Below, piece by piece: positions 18,572 through 27,969 of a stretch of DNA of 64,000 nt. Positions within the stretch are counted from its first letter, which is position 1. The number at the start of each line of letters is the position of its first letter. The DNA is taken from the NCBI GenBank assembly GCA_964407495.1, contig CAYOVP010000004.1:329-64328 (forward strand), in the 5' to 3' direction. Below the pieces are notes generated by a model, which saw only the letters and a list, made by a program, of their open reading frames with translations, was not told the origin of the DNA and made no database searches. Source of the DNA: an uncultured Thermodesulfobacteriota bacterium. GTDB lineage: Bacteria; Desulfobacterota; GWC2-55-46; JADFVP01. The position numbers were made by a program, and so were the translations under genes.

Positions 18572-20769
18572 CAGCCTCCCTGCAGTACCAGCAACTTGAC
18601 GGAGTTGGGATTGAGACGAACCCTGATAAGCGCCTTCTTGTCCTTTAGAGTCACCTTCTCGTTCTTCTTGGAACCCTCAAGCGCCACCTCGGGCAACCTG
18701 TTGATGGCGTCCACCTCTCCATAGTAGACCCTTGCCCATGCCTTTCTATAGGCCTTGAGCGCCGCCCTCATACCCTTTTCCCGGCCCTCTGAAGCAGACC
18801 TCTTAAGGCATTCCTTCATGGTCCTGCCGCGGTTCATGCAGGCCTTTGCCGCCCCTGCCAGGGACTTCGCCTCTTTGGCGCCGAACTGCCGCACGAGTTC
18901 CTCGCGCGCGGCCCTCTTTCCGCTGGCCCTGGCGTTCTTGAGGGCATGCCTTATCCTCTTGTCCACCTCGCCGCCTATGCCACAGGGTGCGGGGGTCTTC
19001 CTCGGCTCTGTCTTCTTGTTGTAAGTGCAGGAGTTGGAGGAATAGTCATCTACTGTGTAAGACACCACCTTGGCGCGGGTCACGCCCTTCAGGTTGTCTA
19101 TCTCTATATCGATATCACGCGGGCCCTCTACTGCCAGAATCCCCCGAATGCCTTCGCGTATCTTCTGGCTTCGTGCGCCCTTTAGCCCCCTTGCAGCCTT
19201 CTCCTCGCAGGAGAGGGGAGACCTGGACCTCGAGCACTTTACCACCCCTGCCAGGTAACGTGTAAGTTCCTTCTGGCCCTTTGACCCCCTGGGGGTAATC
19301 TTCTTCTTTGTTCTGTACTCCTTTACCAGGGCCTTGAACCACTTCTCCTCTCTCTCCATGCCCGATGCCCTGAGATACTCGGAGACCCTCATGGCGAAGA
19401 AGGGCGCAAAGCGGTTGCCTCGCGGGGCGTATGTACTGAGTAGGACGTATATCCTCTTGCCGTCGGTTGCCGAGAGCACGTTCACGCCCTCGCGGGCGGT
19501 CTGCCTTGTCTTGAGCATCTTTCTGCCCCCATCGCGGCCCGCCATCTTGCTCATGAGCCTGAAGGCGTTGTAGGCAGGTTTTATGACACCGCCGCCCCCG
19601 GCACCGTGGCGGGTAAAGAGGGCCCAGTCGCCTATGAATGTGCTCCCCTTGCGCTCTGCTATCACCTTCTTCTCGAGCCCAGGGCTATATACATTGAAGT
19701 CATGGCCGTGCCACTCGATGCCAGACCTCCACATGGAAGAGAGGGCATCAGGGATAAAGGCGGCGAACTCGGCGGTGTCTATGTAGTCCGCAGGGTAGGG
19801 AGGCCAGTGCCAGCCAGACCAGTCAGAGGGATATAACCGCACGCCCTCGAGCCCGGCGTCCCGGAGCCAGGCCTTTATGGTCCTTGCCGCCACCTTGATG
19901 GACTCGGTACTCGAACCAAAGTGGTGCCAGTTTATGAAGTCCAGTGGTACGCGCGTTCTGCCATCTCCATTTGTAGCCGCATAGTCTATGAAATTCTTTA
20001 TAAAGGGTTCTCCCTCGGGGTCGCTCCAGCCACCCTCCTTCTCGCAGATCTCCTTAGCCCCCTCGGGGTACTCGGAACAGCCGAGCCTCTTAACATCCCA
20101 GCCCGAAGGCCCTGGCCCGCCAACGGCTATGCCCTTGTCAAGGGCCTTTGCAGCCCGAGCCGCGTACTCGTAATACCTGAAGAAACTCTTCTCATCACCT
20201 ATCCACTCGCGCTCCTGCTCGTGGCCTATGTAGATGCCGAGTTTGCCCACACCCCTCTGGCGTAATGTGGCAAGGGTGAGGCGTACCACCTTTGCCCAGA
20301 GTTTGAAGTCCGAGGGAGGCGAGCATGTCTCTATGGAGTAACCCCAGTTGGAGGCCGGGCGCTTGTCTCCTGGCCTCGAGGAAAGCCACTTCGGCATGGG
20401 ACAGGGGTCAAAACCTATGACCAGGCGAAAGCCCTGGCTCTTTGCCGCTCTGAGGAGCATGGCAGGGGCCTCCTCGTCGAGGTACTTGTTCAGGAGCCGC
20501 TTGTAGTCTGCGAGGCTCTTTGACCGCTGGAGCAGGGTGAGGCTGAGCTGGACCGTGCGTGTACGGTTCTCGCGGAGGAACTTGCCAAGGGTATAGATAT
20601 CGTCATTGCCGAGGTGGTGCAACCAGATACTGCTCGAAAGGATTCCCGGCACCGGCCCGATGGGTCTCGATGCGTCGATGATAACCTTGGCCTCGGCCAT
20701 GGCCGGCAGAAGAAAGAAGGCCAGAGCGAGAATCAACCTAAGTGAGCAAATCCGTGTAGAGTCTTTCAT
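18571..20769 (-). CDS. Secreted TIM-barrel hydrolase-like protein (putative glycoside hydrolase) with a long Lys/Arg/Ala-rich C-terminal tail
   Basis: Signal peptide MKDSTRICSLRLILALAFFLLPAMAEA. N-terminal roughly 400 aa shows glycosidase-like motifs (IGHEQEREW, FINWHHFG). C-terminal roughly 280 aa is basic and low-complexity. Family not resolved. Confidence 0.35.
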   Translation of the reverse strand: MKDSTRICSLRLILALAFFLLPAMAEAKVIIDASRPIGPVPGILSSSIWLHHLGNDDIYTLGKFLRENRTRTVQLSLTLLQRSKSLADYKRLLNKYLDEEAPAMLLRAAKSQGFRLVIGFDPCPMPKWLSSRPGDKRPASNWGYSIETCSPPSDFKLWAKVVRLTLATLRQRGVGKLGIYIGHEQEREWIGDEKSFFRYYEYAARAAKALDKGIAVGGPGPSGWDVKRLGCSEYPEGAKEICEKEGGWSDPEGEPFIKNFIDYAATNGDGRTRVPLDFINWHHFGSSTESIKVAARTIKAWLRDAGLEGVRLYPSDWSGWHWPPYPADYIDTAEFAAFIPDALSSMWRSGIEWHGHDFNVYSPGLEKKVIAERKGSTFIGDWALFTRHGAGGGGVIKPAYNAFRLMSKMAGRDGGRKMLKTRQTAREGVNVLSATDGKRIYVLLSTYAPRGNRFAPFFAMRVSEYLRASGMEREEKWFKALVKEYRTKKKITPRGSKGQKELTRYLAGVVKCSRSRSPLSCEEKAARGLKGARSQKIREGIRGILAVEGPRDIDIEIDNLKGVTRAKVVSYTVDDYSSNSCTYNKKTEPRKTPAPCGIGGEVDKRIRHALKNARASGKRAAREELVRQFGAKEAKSLAGAAKACMNRGRTMKECLKRSASEGREKGMRAALKAYRKAWARVYYGEVDAINRLPEVALEGSKKNEKVTLKDKKALIRVRLNPNSVKLLVLQGG

Positions 20770-23104
20770 AGCGCCTGATCATCCTTTCAAGTGTGTATGT
20801 TGTTTTTATCTTTTCCCTGTTTGCCGTGCCGAGGGCCTCTCGCTTCGCACGGTCCCCGAGGAGAACCAAGACCGCCTCTGCAAGTCCTTCAGCATCGTCA
20901 GGACGGAGGAGGAAATCAGCGCCCTCGTCACGAAGTACCTCTCCCACGCCGCCAACTTCTGTGGCCACTATGGGTTTGCCCATGGCCATGGCCTCGAGGA
21001 CAATCAGCGGCATGGCCTCCCACCTCGATGGGAGGCAGAAGATATCCATGGTCTTCATGTAGTCGGCTACCCGAGTGGTCCAGCCCGTAAGGATGAAATC
21101 GGCTGTAAGACCCTCTACCCCTATCTGTTCCTCTATCTCGGGCCTCAGGGGGCCATCACCCACGAGGAGAAACTTTACACCCCTGAAGCGGTCCTTTATC
21201 AGACGGGCGGCACGGACAAAGGTATCGAGGCCCTTCTGCTCCTCGAAGCGTCCCACTGCACCTACGACTGGCCTCTCCTGCCCGATCTTCAGGTCACTCC
21301 GCAGGTCCACGGCACCACGGTTGATGGCCGCAGCGTCTATCCCATGATATATTACCGTAACCTTGTCCTCTTGGCAAAGCCCATTCTCAACGCCTATGTC
21401 TCTCATCTTGGCGCACACGGCCACATAGTGACGCGTATACCTGTCTATCCACCGCTCGAGCATGTAAAGGGCCTTCCTGTACAACCTGCTGCCTCGCGGG
21501 TAGTTGAAGGCCCAGCCGTGTATGCTCCATATGGCCGGCACGCCCATGGAATGGGCGGCAAGGCGGCCAAGATATCCGCCAACAGAGGTATGGGAATGGA
21601 CAAGGTCATATCTGCCACTGCGAAGGAGGGCCTTTATCTCCCTGTACCCCTTGAGATTCACTGCCTTCAATGGGCTTCGAGAGATGGAGAGCCTCTTAAC
21701 GCGCACCCCTGTAGCCTCTATCTCCTTGAAGAAATGGCTGTCTTCAGGCAGGGCAAAGGTAAGGTCAAAGGCCTCCCTGTTCATATGCCTTGCAAGGAGA
21801 AGAAGGTTGAGCCCAACGCCGCCAGTCGAGGTTGCCGAGACATGGAGCACCCTCGTAATTCTCTTCTCTCCCCTTACCGGGCTTGCGCCGGCCTTGGCGC
21901 CGCGCTCTGTGCGGCGCCATTCCTTCTTGCTCATGGCCCCGCGTACGAGATTGAAGACACGCCAGGGTATGAGAAAGAAGGGATATATGAAGAGATTGAC
22001 GTAAGTGCGGGTTGACGCCCTCATCCTTACGAGACCGGCCAGGACCGAGGCCGCCATGATCCCCAGGTCGAGGAGCCAGAGCGAGACCGTAAGGACGCCG
22101 AGGGAATGCCTCATGAGCAACGAGGATGCCGCGCCAAGGATTATGAGAAAGAACAGTATGGTAAAGGGAGGGGTTATGAGTTCGAAGAAGGTAAGGAGCG
22201 CGCCGAGAGAGCGGTCCCGCAGGAGTCGGCTACGGAATGCCCCATGAAAACGCCTTATTACGTCAAACTGCCCCACATCCCACCTGGCCCGGGGGTTCCT
22301 GAGGTCGCCCACCCGGCCCGGCATCTCGGAATATACATGTGCATCGGGCAGATAATCTACGTCATATCCCCTTGCATACAAAGAAGCCCATTGCTCACGG
22401 TCCTCGGCAAGGGAGAATGATGACCATCCAAGGCGCTCCACGAGGTCTGCGCTGAGACACATGCCGCTGCCAAGGAAGGGGGCCGAGCCGCCAAGTGCGC
22501 TGAGCCCGGCGTTTCTGAGGTTACGCAGCGTAAAACCCATGCGTACGATCTCAAGGGCAGGCGTGCCTGCCTCTGCCGTCCCCTCGGCACCACCCACCAT
22601 GTGAAAACACGTAAGGGCCGAGGCACCTGAGGATATATGGTCATTTACCCGCCTGAGGAGATTCTTCGAGACGAGGCTGTCCGCGTCAATGACGAGATAG
22701 GCTCCGTAACGGCCCGGCCTCTCGTTTCTTATCCTCTCAAAGGCCCAGCCAAGGGCATGACCCTTGCCACGGTTCTCCTCGTCATAGCGCTCGAGGCACG
22801 CTGCGCCCGCCTTCTCTGCTATGGCCGCCGTATCGTCGGTGCAGTTATCGGCTATGACGATGATATCAAAGAGTTCTCGCGGATAATCAGACTCCATGAC
22901 GCTCTTTATGGTCCTCTCGAGCAGGAGCGATTCATTGTGTGCCGGGATGATGACAGCAATCCGACAAGAGGGTTTGGAGCCCTCTACAACGGCCCTGCTG
23001 AAAAAGCCCGCAAGAGTCACTACGAGCAGATAGAGCGCCGGCGCAAGGACGAGGAGGCCGCAGAGGAGAAAAATAATATCGAGTGTGACCCTTAACATAG
23101 TCAA
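20738..23104 (-). CDS. Bifunctional membrane glycosyltransferase: N-terminal GT2 domain plus TM segments fused to a C-terminal GT4 domain
   Basis: N-terminus VIIPAHNES...DNCTDDT (GT2 DxD context). C-terminus EQKGLDTFVRAARLI...FCLPSRWEAMPLIVLEAMAMGKPIVATEVGGVGEVL (GT4 E-x7-E). 788 aa. Confidence 0.7.
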   Translation of the reverse strand: MTMLRVTLDIIFLLCGLLVLAPALYLLVVTLAGFFSRAVVEGSKPSCRIAVIIPAHNESLLLERTIKSVMESDYPRELFDIIVIADNCTDDTAAIAEKAGAACLERYDEENRGKGHALGWAFERIRNERPGRYGAYLVIDADSLVSKNLLRRVNDHISSGASALTCFHMVGGAEGTAEAGTPALEIVRMGFTLRNLRNAGLSALGGSAPFLGSGMCLSADLVERLGWSSFSLAEDREQWASLYARGYDVDYLPDAHVYSEMPGRVGDLRNPRARWDVGQFDVIRRFHGAFRSRLLRDRSLGALLTFFELITPPFTILFFLIILGAASSLLMRHSLGVLTVSLWLLDLGIMAASVLAGLVRMRASTRTYVNLFIYPFFLIPWRVFNLVRGAMSKKEWRRTERGAKAGASPVRGEKRITRVLHVSATSTGGVGLNLLLLARHMNREAFDLTFALPEDSHFFKEIEATGVRVKRLSISRSPLKAVNLKGYREIKALLRSGRYDLVHSHTSVGGYLGRLAAHSMGVPAIWSIHGWAFNYPRGSRLYRKALYMLERWIDRYTRHYVAVCAKMRDIGVENGLCQEDKVTVIYHGIDAAAINRGAVDLRSDLKIGQERPVVGAVGRFEEQKGLDTFVRAARLIKDRFRGVKFLLVGDGPLRPEIEEQIGVEGLTADFILTGWTTRVADYMKTMDIFCLPSRWEAMPLIVLEAMAMGKPIVATEVGGVGEVLRDEGADFLLRPDDAEGLAEAVLVLLGDRAKREALGTANREKIKTTYTLERMIRRYERLYTDLLT

Positions 23105-24285
23105 GTACCGGCCCTCTGGGGGGCCGCCTCTCTTATGGCCTTCAAGACATCTTCCACGCTTATTCTCTCGAGCACGGCACGGGCTTCATCCCCACTCACG
23201 GAGTAGTCGTACTGGTGTAGATAGAGGGGGCGGGCTGAAGCGGGCCTGACGATACGGCAGAGGTCGCTGCGCCAGATTACCTGCTCCGGCGAGGTAAGGC
23301 CGAAGATGGCCACTGATGGTATCCCCAGGGCCTGCGCCAGGTGGAGCGGGCCCGAGTCATTCCCTATGAAGAGGTCTGACAGCCCGATAAGGGCGCCCAT
23401 CTCCGCTATGCTCGTCCTCCCAACAACGTTTATCACGGCCCCTCCCCTGCCAAAGGCCCTCTCGATGGCACCTGAGACCGCCTCCTCGCCAGGCCCCCCT
23501 ATGACCACCATCTTCCTGCCGTCTTCCCGGGCAAGGGCCTCCATCAGGTCCACATATTGCTCAAGGGGCCAGCACTTGAGCGCCGCATTCCACGAGGCCC
23601 CCGGGTGTATCACCAGAAACCCCCCGTTGCCCTCAACGCCCCATGCCCTGAGCATCTCCCGCACCAGACCGGCAACGCTCTCGGGCACCTTCAGGTCCAC
23701 ACCCTTCGAGAAGGCCTCCCTCGGAATAATCAGCCCTGCGGACTTCAGGATATTGAGGTTCTGCACCATCATTGGCTCGCCGTCGTTGAGTTCAGTCCTG
23801 CAGGTATGGAGAAAACCCGTCCTCCCGGTGCTGAAACCGAGCCTCGCCGGGGCCCCCATGAGGAAGGTCATCACCATCTCTTCTCGCATCCCCTCACCCC
23901 TGCCTGGGGCATAGATGAGGTCGAAGCCGCGCCGGCGGAGATTGCCAACAAGGCGCATCTTCGCGTAAAACCCCCTGTGCCGACCCCTTGGTTCGTACTC
24001 GATTACCTCGTCTATGATATCCCTCTGCGGATAGAGTTCGAGGACAGGCACCGATGATGGCGAGGCCAGAAGGGCAATGGAGGCATAGGGAAAGTTAGCG
24101 CGGAGGGCCTCCATCGCCGGAAGGACCCAGATGAGGTCGCCGATGCCGCCGCCTTCCATGACGAGTATCTTCCTTACGTCAGCGGCGAGGGGCCGTTGGG
24201 CCCCCTGAAAAAGGGGACCGAGCCCCTCGAGGACGCCGAAGACAAGGCCCTTGACACGGCGCTTAAGTCTGGTGGAGAGACTCAT
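23101..24285 (-). CDS. Glycosyltransferase family 9 (ADP-heptose:LPS heptosyltransferase-like)
   Basis: GGGIGDLIWVLPAMEAL and GNDSGPLHLAQALGIPSVAIFG, GT9 signatures. Confidence 0.75.
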   Translation of the reverse strand: MSLSTRLKRRVKGLVFGVLEGLGPLFQGAQRPLAADVRKILVMEGGGIGDLIWVLPAMEALRANFPYASIALLASPSSVPVLELYPQRDIIDEVIEYEPRGRHRGFYAKMRLVGNLRRRGFDLIYAPGRGEGMREEMVMTFLMGAPARLGFSTGRTGFLHTCRTELNDGEPMMVQNLNILKSAGLIIPREAFSKGVDLKVPESVAGLVREMLRAWGVEGNGGFLVIHPGASWNAALKCWPLEQYVDLMEALAREDGRKMVVIGGPGEEAVSGAIERAFGRGGAVINVVGRTSIAEMGALIGLSDLFIGNDSGPLHLAQALGIPSVAIFGLTSPEQVIWRSDLCRIVRPASARPLYLHQYDYSVSGDEARAVLERISVEDVLKAIREAAPQRAGT

Positions 24286-25555
24286 AACTCATCTCTATAA
24301 GTGAGTAACACCTCTTCATTATGCTCTTCCAGTCATACTCGGCGCTCGTGGCGAGGGCACGGCGTGCGCACTCATCATAAAACCCCCGGTCTCCAAGGAG
24401 CCTGAGTATCGCTTTTTCCACGCTCAGAGGCGTATAATCAACGGAGAGGCCGGCGCCCGATTCATCGAGGAGAAGTCCGGACTCCGTGCCACGCGTGGCT
24501 ATGACGGGCAGGCCCGCGCTCATGTACTCAATGACCTTTAGCGAGAAGGCGTACTTGCGCAGTTCAATGGGCATGTATACCGAGAGCCCTATATCGGCCT
24601 CACTCATGCAGGCCGGCAGTTCCGAGTACTTCTTCACCCCCCGAAACTCCACGTTCTCTTCCACGCCATGGCGCGCCGCAAGTCCACGGAGTTCTTCCAC
24701 ATATCCCGAAGGACCATGGCCTATTACGATTAGCCGGATTCCGCGTATCTTATCCCTTATGCCCGAGAGGGCCTCTATGACGATATCGAGGCCGCTCCAA
24801 CCCTCCACGGCGCCTATGTATATGAGGGTGGGGGGGTGGGGTGCCTTCTTACGGCCAGCGCCAAAGAGCGCCCTCTTTACGCCGTTCGGTACTACCTCCA
24901 CGGGCTTGCCTGTCTGAGATTTCCTAAGCCCTGCAAGGAGACTCCCCACGGAGAAGACGAGATCAGAGCGTCTGAGCATGGCGACCTCTATGAGGTTCGT
25001 ATACCACTGCCTGAACCTGCTTATGGGTTGTGACCCAGGGGAATAATCATAATCATCGCTGACGAGGAGCCTCACGCGCCCGGTCTTCTTGAGTATGTAC
25101 CCCATGGCAATGGCCCAGACGCCCTCGCCGATGAAGACATCGTATTTTGCCCGGTCTTTCAGAAGATACCCAAGGATGAGAGAGGGCAGGATAGCGGTCT
25201 CGATGATAAAGCCCATGGCGCTGAAGACCCTCCTTAGAAAACGCTTGAGAAGGGATGGCGGCAGGGCATAGGGGTTGGAGATGCCGAGAAGACTGAGACC
25301 GAGGCCGTTATGTGCGTGAAAGAGCGGCGAGACCTCTATCAGGGAGACAGGATCTTTCCCGTATTCCCGGATGCCCACCGTAAAAAAAGACCTTATCCTC
25401 TGCCCCAGTGTCTCGCCCGCCATATGGGCCTTGTATATGACCGTAATCTTAGCGAACCTGTCCCTGAACTGATCCACCATGTGGTGGGTCCTCGTATTCG
25501 AGAAGTACTGGTAATCGAGTTGCGTAACTATGAGGAGCGTCTTCATTGTCTCCAT
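24263..25555 (-). CDS. Glycosyltransferase family 4
   Basis: C-terminal GT-B motif VEGWSGLDIVIEALS...IEYMSAGLPVIATRGTESGLLLDES. 430 aa. Confidence 0.7.
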   Translation of the reverse strand: METMKTLLIVTQLDYQYFSNTRTHHMVDQFRDRFAKITVIYKAHMAGETLGQRIRSFFTVGIREYGKDPVSLIEVSPLFHAHNGLGLSLLGISNPYALPPSLLKRFLRRVFSAMGFIIETAILPSLILGYLLKDRAKYDVFIGEGVWAIAMGYILKKTGRVRLLVSDDYDYSPGSQPISRFRQWYTNLIEVAMLRRSDLVFSVGSLLAGLRKSQTGKPVEVVPNGVKRALFGAGRKKAPHPPTLIYIGAVEGWSGLDIVIEALSGIRDKIRGIRLIVIGHGPSGYVEELRGLAARHGVEENVEFRGVKKYSELPACMSEADIGLSVYMPIELRKYAFSLKVIEYMSAGLPVIATRGTESGLLLDESGAGLSVDYTPLSVEKAILRLLGDRGFYDECARRALATSAEYDWKSIMKRCYSLIEMSYESLHQT

Positions 25556-25556
25556 A

Positions 25557-26816
25557 CTAAACCGACTCGTACACGCCGAGCGTCTTTCTTGCCGTAGTCT
25601 CCCAGGTGAACTCCGCTACGCGCGAGAATCCCTTTCGCACGAGTTCTTCGCGAGCCCTGCTCTCCTCCATACAGGTAGCGAGCCCGCTGGCAATAGACTC
25701 GGCAGAGAGGGGGTCGACAAAGAGGGCGGCATCCCCTACAACCTCGGGTATGGAACATTCACGCGAGGCCACCACCGGTGTGCCGCAGGACATGGCCTCC
25801 AGCGGTGGTATGCCGAACCCCTCGTAAAGCGAGGGAAAGGCAAGGGCCGAGGCCTCGTTATAGAGGGCCGCGAGTTCCTCGTCCGTTACGACACCAGTGG
25901 CGATGAAGTCTTCCGTTAGGCCAAGAGACCGCACTTCCTCCATTACTACATAATAGAACCAGTTCCTTGGGCCCGAGAATACGAGTGCTACATCATGGGA
26001 TGCCCGGACCTGGGCGAAGGCCCGGACGAGACGCAGAAGGTTCTTGAGGGGGTCGTACTTGCCGGAATAGAATATGTACGGTTTTCTTATGCCGAACTTC
26101 TTCAGTACCGGCCCCGTCTCCTCCCTATCCAAAGGCCTGAAGACAGGGTCTGCGGCAAGGGGTATGACAGAGACCATCTTCTCGTCTACGCCGAGAAGCC
26201 CTACGAGCCTGCTCTTTGTGAAGGCCGAACAGGTGATTATGGCGCTAGCCCTCTTGATGGTCTTTTCTATGCTCCTTCGCAGGTTCTCGAAGAGGCCCTC
26301 GCGGGCACGGCAGTCTTTCAGGTAGAACCCTGGGTCCGGGCTGGTGCGCTCTATGGTCTCTATCCACTCATCTCGCACACCGTGATCCATGTCCTCGAGG
26401 TAGCGGACATCCTGAACCGTTGCTATGCCCTTTGCACGGAGTAGCGGAGGCAGATAATCGAAACCATTGTGAAATACATCGAACCTGCCGGCAAGGACCT
26501 CGAGGGGAGGTTCGATCCTGGCCCTCAGCCGCGGGGGGAACCGCGAGAGCCTGAAGGAGAAGTTGGCACCTACGCGGAGCGTCTTCTCCAACTCTCGGAG
26601 GACGGGCATGTTCTCTTTTCTGAAGAAGTTGAAAAAGAGTGTGTACTCGTTCCGCGTATCGACCCTGGAGAGCGACTCTATGAGTTCGAAGAGATACCTG
26701 TACACCCCTCCCCTGTCCAGGGTCTTTACGCCTATGGGGGTCGCATCGATGCAGATCCTCAAGGCCGCCTCCCCCCACCGCGGCAAGACCGCTTCGACCC
26801 GGAGTGTGCCTGCCAC
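25557..26816 (-). CDS. Glycosyltransferase family 4. The true start is probably downstream of the listed one, since the listed start overlaps the previous gene by about 57 nt.
   Basis: GKYDPLKNLLRLVRAF...SLYEGFGIPPLEAMSCGTPVVASRECSIPEVVGDAALFVDP. Confidence 0.7.
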   Translation of the reverse strand: MAGTLRVEAVLPRWGEAALRICIDATPIGVKTLDRGGVYRYLFELIESLSRVDTRNEYTLFFNFFRKENMPVLRELEKTLRVGANFSFRLSRFPPRLRARIEPPLEVLAGRFDVFHNGFDYLPPLLRAKGIATVQDVRYLEDMDHGVRDEWIETIERTSPDPGFYLKDCRAREGLFENLRRSIEKTIKRASAIITCSAFTKSRLVGLLGVDEKMVSVIPLAADPVFRPLDREETGPVLKKFGIRKPYIFYSGKYDPLKNLLRLVRAFAQVRASHDVALVFSGPRNWFYYVVMEEVRSLGLTEDFIATGVVTDEELAALYNEASALAFPSLYEGFGIPPLEAMSCGTPVVASRECSIPEVVGDAALFVDPLSAESIASGLATCMEESRAREELVRKGFSRVAEFTWETTARKTLGVYESV

Positions 26817-27969
26817 GACTTTATGGCCTCGTGGTAGACGCCGAGGAGGGCCCTGAGATGGCTCTCCTTGCGGAAGTTGGCCGCCACGCTCTCCATGGCC
26901 TTCTCTCCCATGGTCCTGGCAAGGGCTTTATCCAATAGGAGCCTCTCCATGGATGCCGCCAGCCCCTCTATGTCGCCGCGCCTCACAAGAAGCCCAGTCT
27001 CTCCATGAGTGAGCCACTGACGCGCCCCGCCGGAATCAAAGGCCACAACAGGCCTGCCAAAACTCATGGCCTCTATGCCTACCAAGCCAAAGGACTCGGG
27101 GCTCATGGAGGGGAAGACAAGGAGGGCGGACTTCCTGTAATACTCGTCGAGGTCATCATGGCCGAGGCTGCCCACGAATTCCGTCTCTTCTTCTATGCCG
27201 AGCCTCCTGGCCATCTCTTCATACTTCGCCGTATCACCGCCCGCGATTATACAGGCCCTGAACCGAATCCTGAGTAGGCCAAGGGCCTCGAGGAACTCGC
27301 CTATGCCCTTCAGGGGGTCTGCCCTCCCTACAAAGAGTACCCTCCTGTCCTCGGGCACGCTCTTCTCAGAGGAAGGGTTCTTGAGCGTAAAATGCGGAAT
27401 CACGCTTACGAGACTGGCGGGGATGCCGTTCACGACTGCCTCTCTCTTAATGTACTCCGAGGGGGCTATGACCCCGGCTGCCTCTCTCGTTACCCTGGCC
27501 CTCCAGTACATGTTGAGCCCCAGTCTCGCGTTGAAACCACCCCTGCACCTCATGACGCAGGCCCTGCCCATGGGATAGGCGCAGACTTCGCCACTGGGCA
27601 GTATCTTGGTTCCCTTGGGACAAAAAAAAAGGCGGTATGCAGGGTCTGGACAATAGGGGCGTACCTCGAAAGACGCCTTGTCACGTAGGGACTCATGAAG
27701 ACAAGGGTCTCGTGGAGATGAATTATGTCCGGGGCCTCGGCCCGGACTATCTCCTCCACGCGGGGGGCCATCCTCCTGCCGGACTTGAGCCCGAATGAGG
27801 GCTCGACAAAGTACTCGGCCCGCCTGCCGGTCCTCTTGTTGTCCTCATGGGCCGAGGAAATCACGGCTGTACTCTGGCCCTCTCCTTCGAGGGCCTCGCA
27901 GAGATCGAGGAGATAACGCTCACCGCCCCCGAAGTCGCAGTACTTGTGGTTTATATGCAGTATCTTCAC
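26759..27969 (-). pseudogene. GT4 glycosyltransferase split by a -1 frameshift inside an A9/T9 homopolymer (27622-27630). One extra A would fuse the N-half (27969-27550) and the C-half (extending up from 27571) into an approximately 400-aa protein.
   Basis: N-half MKILHINHKYCDFGGGERY...TLHTAFFF stops at 27550. The second frame, open from about 27823 down to 26759, reads ...RLFFCPKGTKILPSGEVCAYPMGRACVMRC...GIEAMSFGRPVVAFDSGGARQWL. An A10 tract gives TLHTAFFFCPKGTK, restoring the Cys-rich motif seen in the GT4 paralogs at 51358 and 54218 (TLHDYYLTCPLGGQ...C...CARC). Confidence 0.75.
27622..27630. repeat. A9 (T9 on the coding strand) homopolymer at the frameshift point of the split GT4 gene. Candidate slipped-strand site.
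   Basis: gggacAAAAAAAAAggcgg. Both reading frames are open across it. Confidence 0.9.

Noticed and set aside
20606-22015. 469-aa plus-strand ORF
   Set aside because: Lies entirely antisense within the 788-aa GT2-GT4 fusion gene. No recognisable motifs and a Pro/Arg/Gly-rich shadow-frame composition.
26759-27969. Treating 26759-27571 and 27550-27969 as two independent small genes
   Set aside because: Both frames are open across the overlap, and together they reconstitute a single GT4 with the conserved Cys-rich motif when one A is added in the A9 tract. Neither half is a plausible stand-alone protein.
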